A stretch of DNA of 63,243 bases, the filler included, from Reclinomonas americana ATCC 50394 (lineage: Eukaryota): the NCBI GenBank assembly GCA_048213135.1. It is 7 parts of 4 records of this genome, joined end to end, with 100 filler letters (N's around TTAATTAATTAA, not from the genome) between each part and the next. Parts side by side here need not be neighbours in the genome. Positions count along the whole stretch, not along the records: positions 1 to 22,785 come from PS015618.1; positions 22,886 to 31,465 come from PS015619.1; 5 more parts are not named here. One strand, given 5' to 3'. Positions within the stretch are counted from its first letter, which is position 1; each line of letters begins with the position of its first letter. This document shows positions 13,016 to 26,569 of this stretch, in pieces. The translations under genes were made by a program, and so were the position numbers. Under the pieces are notes generated by a model that saw only the letters and a program-made list of their open reading frames with translations, was not told the DNA's origin and did not search any database.

Positions 13016-14187
13016 ATGTCTGCGAGCGATAGCAACGCCTCTTCTTCTTCTTCATCGTCGTCGTCTTCAAAGATGCCACACTGGACGATGCCCGAGACCG
13101 CTGACGGTGCGTTTGTCGACACCGGAGTGCTGGTGTGGAACTCGCTGACGCGCACCAAGGTGAGCGAGCTTGGTTGAACGCACACTGAGCCACGATCGGG
13201 ATGACTAACCTTATGCGCACACGCACACAGGTACCACTTCGCAAGCCGAAGGACAGCCCCCTGCGCTGGTACTCGTGCGGACCGACAGTGTACAACATTT
13301 CTCACTTGGGTCATGCACGGTGAGTCGTCGCTGCGTAGTCTCTCTGCGCGATTCGTCTGGCGTCTCCCTCTAACACACACACACACACACAACAGCAACT
13401 ACGTGTCGCTGGACATTCTGCGCCGAGTGCTTGAGGACTACTTTGGCATCCCCACTCTCTACGTGATGAACATTACCGATGTCGACGACAAGATCATCAT
13501 CGCGGCTGCGCACAAGCACCTGGTGGACCTGGTCGCCGACGTGTCCGAGCGGAGTGGCGCGGAATCGATGGCCGTCAGTCAGGCGCTGGAGGACGCACAG
13601 GCGGTGCTGGGCCGAGAGGACGAGTGGCGCCAGGTGTCGAAGACACACTCGGCGGCGCAGGCGCTCAAGCAGGCCGCACTTGCCGCCGGCATCATCAGTG
13701 CGGACGAGGCTGCATCGGAGCCAGACTTCGAGGGCTACGCCCGTCACTACGAGCAAGACTTTCTGGAGGACATGGCCGCCCTGGGAGTTGCGCGAGGCCA
13801 GCTGCATGCAGCAGCACTTGTGTCAGTTGCATTTTCCTCACACAACAGCTTGCTACTACTGTACAGGTGCGACCGGCTCACGCCATGCCGCGCGTCTCGG
13901 AGCACGTACCTGAGATCATCGCCTTCATCGAGCGCATCATCCGCAACGGCTTCGCGTACGCCACCGCCACTGGATCCGTGTACTTTGACACCAGCGCCTA
14001 CCTGGCCTCCGGACACGACCACCCGAAGCTGGCACCGGAGCGCCGCGATGACCTGGAGCTGATGGCCGAGGCTGAGGGTGCTCTCAGCAGCATCGGATCG
14101 GCGGAGAAGAAGGCCACGGCGGACTTTGCCTTGTGGAAGGCATCGAAGCCCGGCGAGCCGTCCTGGAGCTCGCCGTGGGGACGCGGT

Positions 14188-14220
<33 letters not shown>

Positions 14221-15717
14221 GCCACGTGCGTCTGAAGACTGCTGTTCTGCTGTGTTTTCTTGTCGATCGCCTGCTCACCACCTTCCTCCCACAGCACCGT
14301 GCTCGGCTCCGACACCATGGACATTCACTCGGGTGGCGAGGACCTCAAGTTCCCGCACCACGACAACGAGATGGCGCAGTCGGAGGCCTGCTTCTGCCAC
14401 CACCAGTGGGTCAACTACTTTTTGCACTGCGGTCACCTGGGCATCAACGGCATGAAAATGAGCAAGTCAAAAAAGAACTTTACCAGCATCAAGGCCGCAC
14501 TGGCACCGGGCGAGTGCACCGGACGCCAGCTGCGCTTCCTGTTCCTTCTGCACCAGTACAACGCGCCACTGGATTTCAGCGAGGGCGCGCTGGACGAGGC
14601 CGCATCAGCCGAGCGCACGTTCCGCGAGTTCTTCCACAACATGAAGGCCGAGCTGCGCGCCACCACCCTGCGCACGGCCACGCGATGGGACGACGAGGAG
14701 CGTCAGCTGAAGAGCGCGCTTTCCGCCGTGCAGGCCGGCATCGACGCGGCCCTCCGCGACGACTTCAACACGCCGCTGACGATGCGCTTGCTGGCCGAAC
14801 TCGTCACCACCACCAACGTGTACGTGGCACGCTGCCGCGCCGCCGGCCGTGACCCCCGCGCCGCCGCGCTGCGCGATATCACCGCGTACGTGTCACGCAT
14901 GTTTAACGTGTTCGGGTTGAACGAGACTGGCGCGCTCGGTTTCGCGACAACTGAGGAGCATGGCGGGGTGAGTGTGATTGTGTCTTGTCTGACGTTCACC
15001 ATTCAGTGACTTACCAGTCTGCTGACACGCACAGGTGGAGGCCGCCGTTGCGCCTCTTCTCGACGCGATTGCCGATTTCCGCATGTCGGTGCGCTCGGCG
15101 GCGTTGGGGCGCGTCGACAGCGCATCCATCTTGCGCCTCACCGACGAGTTCCGCGACACGCGGATGGTGGAGCTGGGTGTGCGACTGGAGGATCGCCCCG
15201 ACGCGCCAGTGGCATGGAAGCGCGACGCACCAGAGGTCTTGCAGCGAGAGTTGGCCGCCAGCCGCAAGGCCGAGGCCGCTCGCGAGGCCGATCGCGAGCT
15301 GCGTCGACGCGAGCGTGAGGCCGCTTCAGGTACGCCACGCCTGCTTCTTCTTCGCACAGTAGCTACGTAAATATGACAACTCATGATCGTCACATAACAG
15401 TGCTGCGGAGTGAAATGGCCAAGAAATCGCCACTGGAGATGTTCCGCGACGCCACCGAGCAGTACTCGGCGTGGGACGCACTCGGCGTGCCCACTGCCGA
15501 CGCCGACGGCAAGCCACTCAGTCGCTCTCAGCGCAAGCGTCTGCTGAAGACGTGGCGACAGCAGGCGGAGATGCACAACGAGTTCCTAGTCAGCATGGGC
15601 TTCCCGCCACTGGAGCTGGCCGTGGCAGAGGCGACGGAGACACCAGTTGTGTCGGTGGATCGCGATGAGTGCGCCGGGTGCTGCTCAGCAATGGTCACTG
15701 GCGCCTGCGTGCGATGA
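13016..15717 (+). CDS. CARS: Cysteinyl-tRNA synthetase, eukaryotic cytosolic type
   Basis: WYSCGPTVYN, HLGHAR (HIGH), MNITDVDDKII, DFALWK, GRPGWHIECSAM, DIHSGGEDLKFPHHDNE, KMSKS. Six introns inferred. Confidence 0.97.
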
Positions 15718-15863
15718 GCTGTGTGTGCGTGTGTGAGAACAATGTAAAGCAATCATGTGCGTCTGTTTACGACATGGTGTACCGGTGTACCCGTCGCGAG
15801 GTGGTGAAGTGTTGAATCCGAGCAGGACGCAAGCGCATCTCGTTCTTGTTTTCAATCGTCACA

Positions 15864-16213
15864 ATGAGCACGGAAGAGAAGAGCACGCTGTTCACCATTG
15901 TCGCCGGCGCAGTTGCACTGCTGCCGATCATCAGCGCGGGAGCCTACTCGATCTTTGGCCAGGCGCACAAGAGTTGCGCGCGCACACACACACACACGTC
16001 ACCACTACCATTGCGAATCTTTTCCTCTCTTTCTCTCTTTGTGTCTCATTCTCGCACGCGCACTTGAGAGAGAAACACACGNNNNNNNNNNNNNNNNNNN
16101 NTTTTCTTTTTCTCTGCTGCATCTTTCCCTGCCTTCCCCGCGCGCGCCCGTGAACTTATAAAGTCGTTCGTGTGTGTGTGCGTATTCTCTCTCACAGGCG
16201 GCCCGACCGTGAT
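15864..16213 (+). CDS. Small putative membrane protein (interrupted by gap)
   Basis: MSTEEKSTLFTIVAGAVALLPIISAGAYSIFG hydrophobic helix followed by an intron-like CA/CT tract. 3' end uncertain. Confidence 0.35.
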
Positions 16214-16476
16214 CAGTTGTCTTTTGTATGTGCCCCGTCGTCGCTATGACCACCGCTGCGCTGCGGCCCCTGCGGCCTCTCGACGGAACAACAACAAGTG
16301 TACACTTTTGTAACATGAATCTCCGCCACGTGCTTCCGAGGAGATAGACTCTCTCTACACACATTTAATAACACTTGTCAGTCGGTGAGGTATGCTTGGT
16401 CAGCACACGACAGCTACTACTACTCGTTCTTTCTCTCTTTCTTTGTTTTTTTCTTGTGTTGTTCGCAACCGGCCGG

Positions 16477-19400
16477 TTAGGCCGGTGCACTAACGACGGT
16501 AGTACCGGCTCCGCTCCGATCCACCGCGTCCATGAGCTCTGCCGCGATGCGAGGTCTCGACAGGTACCGTGCCAAGGCGCACGGGTCATCCATCGACGGC
16601 GCCTTGTCGGCCGCCTCGCGAACTATGTCATAATTGCCAAGTGATGTTAGAAACTCAAAAACCCCACGACCGCACACTCGCTTCTCCTCATCCTCACTCA
16701 CCCGCCGACATTCGCAGTCGCAGATCAATCACAACGCGCTTCACGCTCTCGTCGTCGTCATCGTCGTCGCCATCTTCCTCGTCGTCGCCGTCCAACGTGA
16801 GTTCATCTGCGTGACGAACAACAGTAAGTCAACTCCCACCTTCGTTGGACGACAACGCTGACAAACCTTCGCCATCGACATCTGTGCCCGTTTCCAGCTC
16901 CCACGACTCCACGCTGGGCCCGCTGGTCGCTTGTTCCAGGCCCGAGTCGTGTGGCAGCTGCAGGCGTTCCATCAGTGCCGACGTGACACGATTGAGAACT
17001 TCACCGTCGACTGTGCCCGGCGCAGTGGCGACTGTGGTCATCGACGGGGTGCGCAGCGTGCTGGACGACTCCGAGTTGGCCGACATGGCGGAGATGACGG
17101 TCAGGTTCTCCGACTGAGTCGGCAGCAGCGGGGCAAACATCGTGTCGCTGGATCCGCTTGCCTGCTTCGGCCTGGGCGGCTGCTCTGATGTGGCTCGCCC
17201 CAGTCGCGGAAGAACCAGCAGCGGCGGCTCGTCGTCAACCATTGGATCTGTCCCGCTGTCGACTCGCACCTTCTCCACTCCCGCTGCGGATGGTGTGGTC
17301 TGTGCTGCGCTCTCCAACTTGGGCTGTCCATTCGTCGTGCGCACTCGTTGCTGCGGGCGCGCCCATGTTGGGGTGGTGGAGGAGCCAGCAGGCGCGGCGG
17401 CATCGCCCGCCTCCCTGTCTCCCTTGTCGAGTTGACGACCAATGTTGGTCAGCAACTGCACAATGAGATCGCTCGTCTCCACCAGCTGCCGCACAGCATT
17501 CTTGTCGTCACCCGACGCCGACTGCTCGCGCACAATGCGAGTGGCTTCTCGCGCCACAGCACTGACTGCTTGCATGGCCACGACGGCATCGCGCGCCAGC
17601 TGAGGTGACACAAACGAATTGCCGTTGACAGTGGCCGCGCTGGAGACACCGGATTCACGCAAGATGTCGTTGACTGCTGCCGCCGTGCTTGGGTGCGTCA
17701 CCAATATCGAGGCTTCATCGCCTTCCACTGACGGCGACGCAGCGCCTTGACGAATAAATCATACAGTTAGTTCACGCACATCATAGCATAGGGGGCAATA
17801 GACACGCGCAGTACTCACCGGTAGCTGCGCGTGTACCGCCATCAATAATGTCCACCACAGCATCGGTGAGCACGGCGCTCACCAGCTGCTTCACCGAAGC
17901 ACGCCGCCCCATGGTCAGTTGGATGCCTGGTAGATGCTGTGGTGAGAAAAACTAGCGACACGGAACGAGAAGAAGAAGAAGAAAAGGAGAGTGCCGTACT
18001 CTTGTCGCGAATGGACATTTCGACTGCGTCCGACATCAGAGCTCCCACGACAGTTGTCACCGCTGTGAGTTAATCGTGTGAGTATTTTTTGTTGCAAAGA
18101 ACTGACGCGCAGGCATTGCATGGCCTTGCATACCTTCTTCGCGGTTCTGCTGTGCGAGAGACGGTCTGCGGCCGAGCAGCGACGACTTGGACGAGTGTCT
18201 CACCAGGGCGCCCGACGACGACTGCCGGCGAGCGAACGGCATTCGACCTGCTTGTACTGTCGCATCAGTTCACGGCAAATAACTTGCGTGAGGGTGCGCA
18301 AACACAAACACACACCTGCATCATCGTCGGCATCGGTTTGCGTGGTGACATTGTCGAATGTTCTGAGTCGTTGTGCCTGCCGTCGGCGCCGCCGAATCAT
18401 TCCTACCGTGCCTCCGGCCATGTGAGGATCGTCACCAAAAGCGTCTTCGGTGCCAGTCCCGCTGTCGGTGGTTCGCTGGTGGAACATCGAGTCGTCACCA
18501 AACACTGCCGTGTCGTCATCGTCGCCGAGTGTGTCACCCATGATGGGCTCGGAGTGATCGAACAAGTCCTGCGCTGAATCGGCGCCCGCGCCGACTGCCT
18601 TCCGAGAGCTGCTATGAGAGCCACTCGCACCAGTGGTGGTCACGCTCATGAGTGGACGGTTTGTGGACCAGAGAGTGATCAGTGTGCGCGGCAGGCCGAT
18701 TCCTCGACTTTGCAGCGCTGTAAAGGAGAAGAATTAGGCCATTGGAGAAACTACCGAAACGACCACATCAACAGGAACCGCACCCTGCAGTTGGTCTGCT
18801 CTGGTAAACTGCGTGTTGGTCATCAGACACTGCTTTGGCTCGCCCTGATATAAAAGCTCAAGACCGTGAGCAGAAGTGTGGAGAGTGAGTGACTGCTGCT
18901 TGGGCTACGTAACTGCCACGTCGTACAGCTCAACAGGCGCGCTGGAGAGGATGAAAAGCGTTGATGTGGCATCCGGCGCTTCCTCTATCCATCGCCGGTT
19001 GCGTGTGGTGATGCCAGCTCCGTACAGCGTGCCTCCGGTGAAGTCGAGTTCTTGCATCACTCGCTCGTCAAACGAGTGCGACGTGGGCAGCACCGAGAGA
19101 CCGCCAGACACTGATGCAACAACAAACAAGCGGAGCGTGAGTTGATTAGAAGCTTCTCTCCATGTTCTTCTGTTTCTCACTCACCTGTCTGTCGGTAGAA
19201 CACAGCGGATTCGCCATAGGCGGAGTCTGCACAGCGACTGCTGTCGCTACCCTCGGTAGCGAGAAACATGAAGGCGAAGATCACAGGCGCAGCACTGCCA
19301 ACCATCAGTGGTGGCGAGTCCCATCGCAGCTGCCCGCGCATACACGTCACTCATTTTGTTGTAAACATGAGCGTGGCGTGGAAAGCAGGGGAAACACTCA

Positions 19401-22400
19401 CCTGACACGCTGTTGTGAACCACTCTGTGCCACGATTGCCAGTTGAAGTCATACTCAGTGGCGAGGTCGTGCGACTCATGATGTCAAGAACAAACGACTG
19501 GGGAGCCGGTGATGGCGGTGATTCGCCGTCTTCCGAGGCACGCTCGTCGTTGCCGAGGATCACGGGAATGAGGTACGAGTCGTTGCAGAGTGGGAAACGG
19601 TCCAACTTGACGCAGACTGATGGTGGTGATGGGAAAATCAGTGTCATGTCAACGCGGCGCGAAGTGCGGATGAGATGTAACTGTGAGACGACCCAGCAGC
19701 ATTCTGCACGGTCTCGAGAGCCGACACGGGGCCGAGGTATCGCCGACCACCTGCACGTACACAGTCCCGATGAAACTCTGACTTCTTTTTAGTGATAATC
19801 GACTGCGCTGAGTTTCACAAACCGCACGAGTCGGGTTGCGTCAAAATGAGACCTATTGTTGTTGGCAGTGGCTCTGTGTGCATGACAAGCTGAGATGAGT
19901 AATCACGAGGAGCTCACTGCCCATCAGCAACGACCAAACGCAACGTGAAGTCGCACGCAGCGAGATCAGCAGGTCGCCAGCTCCTCCACCCTTGATGCCG
20001 CGAATGATGAGCTGCTGCCCCGCCGACACTTGCTCAGAAACAGGCGGTATGCCACTCTCAACAGTGGACGCCATCCATTTCCCCGCGTATTGCTGTCGCG
20101 TCCAACCTTGTGTGTTGCGTGTGTCGGGCTTGTTAATAACCACATCGGCAGCTTCCGATGATAGCACCGTGACCACAATGGGGACCATGTCGTCGAAACG
20201 CGCAGCCAGCACTTGGCGGCGGTGCTTGAATGCGGGGAGATGCAGCAGGAAGGGTGTCACCACGCATTCTCGCTGGCCATTGGCGCACGTGGTGAACCAC
20301 TGACTGCACTCGCCACAGGTCGAGTGCGTTGTGGCAATGGCATCGCAACGGTAGGCGCTCAGGCCTTGCCGTGCTTGACCACCGGCGAGTGCCTGGCTTG
20401 GACCCTCGCAGAGAGCCAACCCCAGCGAGAATACCGACGCAAAGTTATCCCATTCCACCGTCACACTCTGCGGGGCACGTATGCCGGCAAGTTGCTGACA
20501 TGCCACACAGTGAATGTGATGCCCGCTGTGCGAATCAGTCAACAGTGGTGAGTCGGCCACACAGTGAGAGAGAAGGAGAAGAGGCTCTCACTCACCTCGT
20601 TTCACGGTATCGCAAATCCGCACGCCGCGGAATGCGGAATGACACTCGAATATCACCAGTGGCGCCATTTGCCGTCCTGATGGTCACATGTGGCTTCGTT
20701 TGCAGTTGCAGAATGTCCACATCGCTGCCATCGGCGGAGACGAGCGGATGCCGTGCATCAGACACCAGATCTCCCAGACGTACGAGCATGGTCTCGGAAT
20801 ACACTGCACCGCGCAAGTGAGCGATGAGCAATGCCATTGAGGAAACCAGTGTGCCGGCTCACCATGGAAACGAATGCCAGGCAGTGCCACAGAGGCTGCT
20901 CGTCGGGCGGTGGTGGAATGCAGAGAGGTCGCGCAGGCATCGGCAACAGTGCGCACGGTCTGTCGCCACAAAAGATGCAGCAATTTGCCGTCACACAAAC
21001 CAAGAACGGCATGCGGGTCTGCAGCAAATGGTCAGGTCAGTTTGGCAAGAAAGAGGGCATGCATGCAGTGTGAACAACGCACGTCGCTGCGCCGCGGTAA
21101 AGAGATGTGAGACAAACTTGCGCCGCACCACATCCGGTCGTTGAGTGAGCACAGTGCGCGTGTCTCTCTCGGCTTCCAGCTGCGGCAACCAACACTAGCG
21201 CATTAGCTCCCATCTTAGAACTGTTGAGAAGTGTGGCGGTGAACGTACCACCGACAAAGCCGATAGCAATCTGTGCAGCGCCTGCTCAATGCCGGCACCA
21301 TCCAGCGGAAACGCCTGCGGTCCTCCTTCGTGCACGAGCTCAATAGCACACGCCACGGCGCTGCACAATTCGTACAGTGGCGGCTGCTTGGTGGCGTCCG
21401 TTGGCGTCAGAACCGACGAGAGGATGCTCACCACCGTGGACGAGGCTGGCGAGTCGATCAGCGTCGGCGCTGGACAGGCGAGTAAAGGATATATAGTTGG
21501 TACGATTGCGTCATGGTCACTCACACACACAAACACACACAATGACGTACTGTGATGAATAAGTTCCGCGTACAAATCAAAGGCAAGGGCCAGGAAGCGG
21601 GAGTCGCGCATACGCCGACTCATACCGGAGGCCAACGACTGCACTACCAGGGTCTTGTCGTGAATGTCCAGCACTGCGTAGACGACAGACAATGTTCAGT
21701 CAGCCACATTATTACTTCTACTTTGGCTCTCCCCCTCCATGTCATCCACACCGTTAAGCGGCAGCAGTTTCAGCAGCACCAGTACAGCGTCGATTTGCTC
21801 CAAATCGCTGCCGTAGTCGGAAACATCGGTCTGCGCCACCATGTCGCAGAGGCGGCCCGCGACGTCCATGTCGGGAAAACTCAATAGAGCACGTGCGAAT
21901 TGCAGCGGATTGGTAGCACGTTCCAGCAGCGCACAAACCGCGAGGCTAAAGTACGATCGTTGAGTGACCGAGCGCGACGACAGTGCTCCCAGCATGCGGT
22001 CGAGACCACCGGGTGCCGACAGGAGAACGCCGGCGCAATCGCGCTCTGTGCCGCACACGCAGTTCAAGTTAATGGACGGCCTCCAAAGTCACGCAGATAC
22101 AGCTGGCGGCGTTCGCAACGAGTACGAGCGGCAGACAAGAACTGCCCAATGGAGGCAGGCAGGCAGCGAATAAGCTCTGTCACACTGTTGGCTGCAGCCG
22201 GTCCAGCGGCCGACGAGGTTAATCGACGAGCGTGCTTCTGCTCGGCCGGCACTGGCAGTGAATGATGGCGACTGCTGGCGAGGGGTGTTCGCGTGGCCAT
22301 CAGGGTCGGCAGCGTGAGTGTGTGCGGCGTGGCGGCCGATGATCGCGACGAGATCATGCGATCGTCCGCAGAGTCGAAAAAGGCACGCGGTGTGATCATG

Positions 22401-22785
22401 GAAGGCAATGCTAGTTGCCGACGAGGCGACGACGGCATGCTGAGGCTTGTCGTCAACTGCGATCGCAGACTGGTTGGCAGGAGTGGAGAGGATGAGACAG
22501 ATGGTACGGAAGCAACGTACCTTGGTGCCGGGCGGAACCAGCACCACGCCACCGGATCTGGTGGGTGACACAGGCGCGGACCGAGTGAACTGCTGAGAGA
22601 CTGTTCGAAGGGTTTTTTCGTTGGTGACACGCAAAAGGCGAACAACGGCGACGGCGACAGACGCAACACTCGTTCAGGTTCAGTGCGGGAATGCCTGCAG
22701 TGGTACCAAGCACAAACATGAGAACGTGAAATCCCGCAAACAACGTTGTGCTCTCTGCCACTCACCGTCAGCTGCAGCACTCCGG
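16477..22785 (-). CDS. Large multi-exon hypothetical protein (ARM-like helical region, beta-rich middle, low-complexity C-terminus); 5' truncated
   Basis: Chain of minus-strand coding segments (21696-22067, 21195-21480, 20592-20837, 19853-20560, 18905-19180, 16829-17728) flanked by splice signals. Could be more than one gene. Confidence 0.55.
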
Positions 22786-22829
22786 NNNNNNNNNNNNNNN
22801 NNNNNNNNNNNNNNNNNNNNNNNNNNNNN

Positions 22830-22841
22830 TTAATTAATTAA
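22830..22841. other. Artificial gap linker TTAATTAATTAA (also at 31510, 37914, 43827, 52961, 62051)
   Basis: Identical 12-mer with stops in all six frames, centred in ~100-nt N blocks. Confidence 0.95.
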
Positions 22842-22885
22842 NNNNNNNNNNNNNNNNNNNNNNNNNNNNNNNNNNNNNNNNNNNN

Positions 22886-23923
22886 CGCGGCCGCTGGACG
22901 CTCTATGCCCGGGATTCCCACGTTGACGCAATTGCAGGCGCTCATTGCGGATCCGACTCTGGCTGCCGCCATGTTCCAGAACATGGCGTCACCGGGTGGC
23001 ATGGATGGAGAGCCCGTCAAGAAGAAGGTGAAGCGCGAGGCACGCGACAAGCTGCTGACTCGCAGCATTTCGGAGTCGGAGCTGCTGTCGCTGGAGCCGG
23101 GTCAGCGTCAGGTACATTGCATTTGATTTTTTTGTTTGTTTCTTTCTGCGCTAACTAACCAACCACGTGGCGGCATGCACCCAGTTGCTGCAAGAGGCCG
23201 AAGTCATGTTCAAGCGACGCTTCATGCATCCCAAGCCGCGAGTGCCACCGAACGCCCAAGTCAAGTTGCATCGTGCCTTCTGGATCAACCCGATCAGCCA
23301 GGTGGCATCGCAAAAGGCATACCGCCTGAACATGGGCGTGCTCCGTCAGATGATCAACGACCTGGCCGACGACAAATTCCCGGGGGCCACGCGCGTGGAC
23401 AAGAACTCGACTGCCTGGAAGGTGTTCACACGCACCTGTGACGTCGGTGATCACAAGCGGTACTACGATGTGTTTGACTGGAATGGTTTGTAGTTGTTGT
23501 AGTTGTTGTTGTTTCTTCGCGCAAGAAGAAAAAAACAGGTCTCTGACGTGCATTGATATCACAGTGACCATTGTGGACCCGTCGTCTGGCTACCTGTGGG
23601 TGGTGGCGGAAGACCGCCGTGTGGTGCCTCTGATTGAGGAAGGCATGCATCAGCACAGTACAGCCAAGGTACTCGGACCGGAGCTGGTTGCGTCGCCGCC
23701 TGGCAGTCCGCTGTTATACAGCCCGCCGCCACCTCCACCACCGCCACCACCACCGCCTCCTCTGTCGGCAATTACCGCGGAGTCGTCGGTGACCGAAGCG
23801 GAGGCAGCCGCGATTCTCAGCCGCAGTCAGTTCCAACAGCCGGGTGGCTTGGTTACGCCGCCGGCCTCGGTTCCCTTCGCCGCACAGTACCGCCAGGCTC
23901 CACCACACTTCCCCACGGGCGAT
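22886..23923 (+). CDS. Putative transcription factor fragment sharing a domain with 7243-8796; both ends in gaps
   Basis: Exons splice in frame: ...KKKVKR...EPGQRQ|LLQEAEVMF...WKVFTRTCDVGDH...DWN|VTIVDPSSG, followed by a poly-Pro tract. Confidence 0.65.
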
Positions 23924-24851
23924 NNNNNNNNNNNNNNNNNNNNNNNNNNNNNNNNNNNNNNNNNNNNNNNNNNNNNNNNNNNNNNNNNNNNNNNNNNNNN
24001 NNNNNNNNNNNNNNNNNNNNNNNNNNNNNNNNNNNNNNNNNNNNNNNNNNNNNNNNNNNNNNNNNNNNNNNNNNNNNNNNNNNNNNNNNNNNNNNNNNNN
24101 NNNNNNNNNNNNNNNNNNNNNNNNNNNNNNNNNNNNNNNNNNNNNNNNNNNNNNNNNNNNNNNNNNNNNNNNNNNNNNNNNNNNNNNNNNNNNNNNNNNN
24201 NNNNNNNNNNNNNNNNNNNNNNNNNNNNNNNNNNNNNNNNNNNNNNNNNNNNNNNNNNNNNNNNNNNNNNNNNNNNNNNNNNNNNNNNNNNNNNNNNNNN
24301 NNNNNNNNNNNNNNNNNNNNNNNNNNNNNNNNNNNNNNNNNNNNNNNNNNNNNNNNNNNNNNNNNNNNNNNNNNNNNNNNNNNNNNNNNNNNNNNNNNNN
24401 NNNNNNNNNNNNNNNNNNNNNNNNNNNNNNNNNNNNNNNNNNNNNNNNNNNNNNNNNNNNNNNNNNNNNNNNNNNNNNNNNNNNNNNNNNNNNNNNNNNN
24501 NNNNNNNNNNNNNNNNNNNNNNNNNNNNNNNNNNNNNNNNNNNNNNNNNNNNNNNNNNNNNNNNNNNNNNNNNNNNNNNNNNNNNNNNNNNNNNNNNNNN
24601 NNNNNNNNNNNNNNNNNNNNNNNNNNNNNNNNNNNNNNNNNNNNNNNNNNNNNNNNNNNNNNNNNNNNNNNNNNNNNNNNNNNNNNNNNNNNNNNNNNNN
24701 NNNNNNNNNNNNNNNNNNNNNNNNNNNNNNNNNNNNNNNNNNNNNNNNNNNNNNNNNNNNNNNNNNNNNNNNNNNNNNNNNNNNNNNNNNNNNNNNNNNN
24801 NNNNNNNNNNNNNNNNNNNNNNNNNNNNNNNNNNNNNNNNNNNNNNNNNNN

Positions 24852-26363
24852 CGTCTCGTCCAAATGGCGCACAAGAGCCACGTGATCATTCAACACCGTA
24901 TCCGTGCTCGTTCCGAGCGCCACGGTTTGCAGGGCGCGAGAGGTGGCACCCAAAGCCGACGCCAGGCATTCATTCGACAGCTGCGGCACCAGCACCTCGG
25001 CCACGGACGGCTCGCAGGCCATGCCAACCACCAGTGGCTGCGCCCAGTGCACCGGCGAAAGAATCTCCGCACGCTGGCTGTGCTGCGCCAACCACGTCTC
25101 GTCCAGGTCCTCGTGTGAGGGCGCCATCAAGCGCAGCAGCCCAAAGGCCACCTTGCAGCACCAACGATTCGGCAAGTGGCCGAAAAAGGCGCCCAGCACG
25201 TGTGCGTCGCCGTTGCGCTCGACAATCGCATTGAGAGCGTCGGAAATGAGGCGCCTGCACACACAGCGCAGTGAGACAAATGCGAAGCAGAGAGGCAGGA
25301 CGATGAATCGGCACCAAACTCTTCGCCTTCGACATCCTCCACCGGCAGCTGCTCATTCAGCCGCAAGCCAGTGATGCACTCGATTGCCAGGCGATTCACC
25401 AAGCCGCGATCGACGCCGAGGAAGAACGACAGCGACAGCAGCGGCAGAGCGTTGGCGGTGGTGATCTGTGGAGGAGGAAGGAGAGCATAAAGTGAGTGAG
25501 GGAGCACGCAAACATGCCACATGCAAACTGCACACGCAACATGCATATCGCCAGTGTAAAAGTACGCCAACAGCGAGTGCCACACATGTGCCTCACGCGA
25601 CAAGGTGCGCGGCAACACAACATCCAAATCCACCACACAACGCCGCACAGGGGCCGACGACGACGATGACGACGCCTTGTTGCGCTGCTTCTGCTGCTGC
25701 TTCCCAGTTAATCTCCGATCCTGCTGCTTGCCGCTCTCGCTTGCATCAGCCTCCGCAGCCGGAGCCGCCGCTGCCGATGCCGCTGCATCAGTGTCCACCG
25801 TGTTCAGGTCTTTGGCCACGCGCTCACGCAAATGATTGGCAAACCACGTCGACTGTAAACACAGCATCGTCAGCTCCCATTGTCACATCGGTCGTCAACA
25901 AAAATGCAATGTTACACGCACCCCGTGGACGACAATGGGAATGTGCGCCAAGATGGAGAATCGATGGTGTTGACCGGCGGCTGCTGTGCAACAAAAAAAC
26001 ACGCAAAAAAGTGTGAGCCATTTCCCGCTTGCACATGGCACTTTGACGACGACACACAAAAAAAACAACGCAACGATCGGGCAGCAGCAGGCACAAGTCG
26101 CAATGGCGGCCCTCATCCAGCGCACTGCGGTGGTATCCCTGGTCGCCGAAGGGTCCCACAGTGGCGGCCTGTGGGAGAGGCGGCGGCGGCTGCACTGCAG
26201 CGGAGGACGAGGACGCGGCCTGTGACAGCGACGGGAGAGGCGGTGGAGGCGGAGGTGGAGGCGGAAGTGCCGGTGGTGCGAGTGCAGAGGCGGGTGGTGG
26301 TGGGGGAGGCGGTGGTGGAGGGAGTGGCGGAGGAAGGACGTCGGAGGCGGGGTCGACTTCCAT
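24852..26363 (-). CDS. BTB/POZ domain protein with Pro-rich N-terminus; 3' part in gap
   Basis: Spliced frame gives HCDLCLLL...ILAHIPIVVHGSTWF...LLAYFYTGDMHITTANALPLL, a BTB signature. Confidence 0.75.
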
Positions 26364-26569
26364 CTTGTCGGCGACCAAATGTTCTGCGCGCGCGGTGTGT
26401 ATGTGTCGTGCGTGTGTCTCTCTGGCGCAACACGTATAACTCCAAGCAACGCGCACTCTCGCTTCGCGTGTGTGAGTGTGCGAATGCAACAGGGACAGAT
26501 GGGAAGCGAGCCGCTCGTGTCTGTCCAAGAAACTGTACGGCTTGTTTCGCGGAAGAAAATGCGTTTCAC

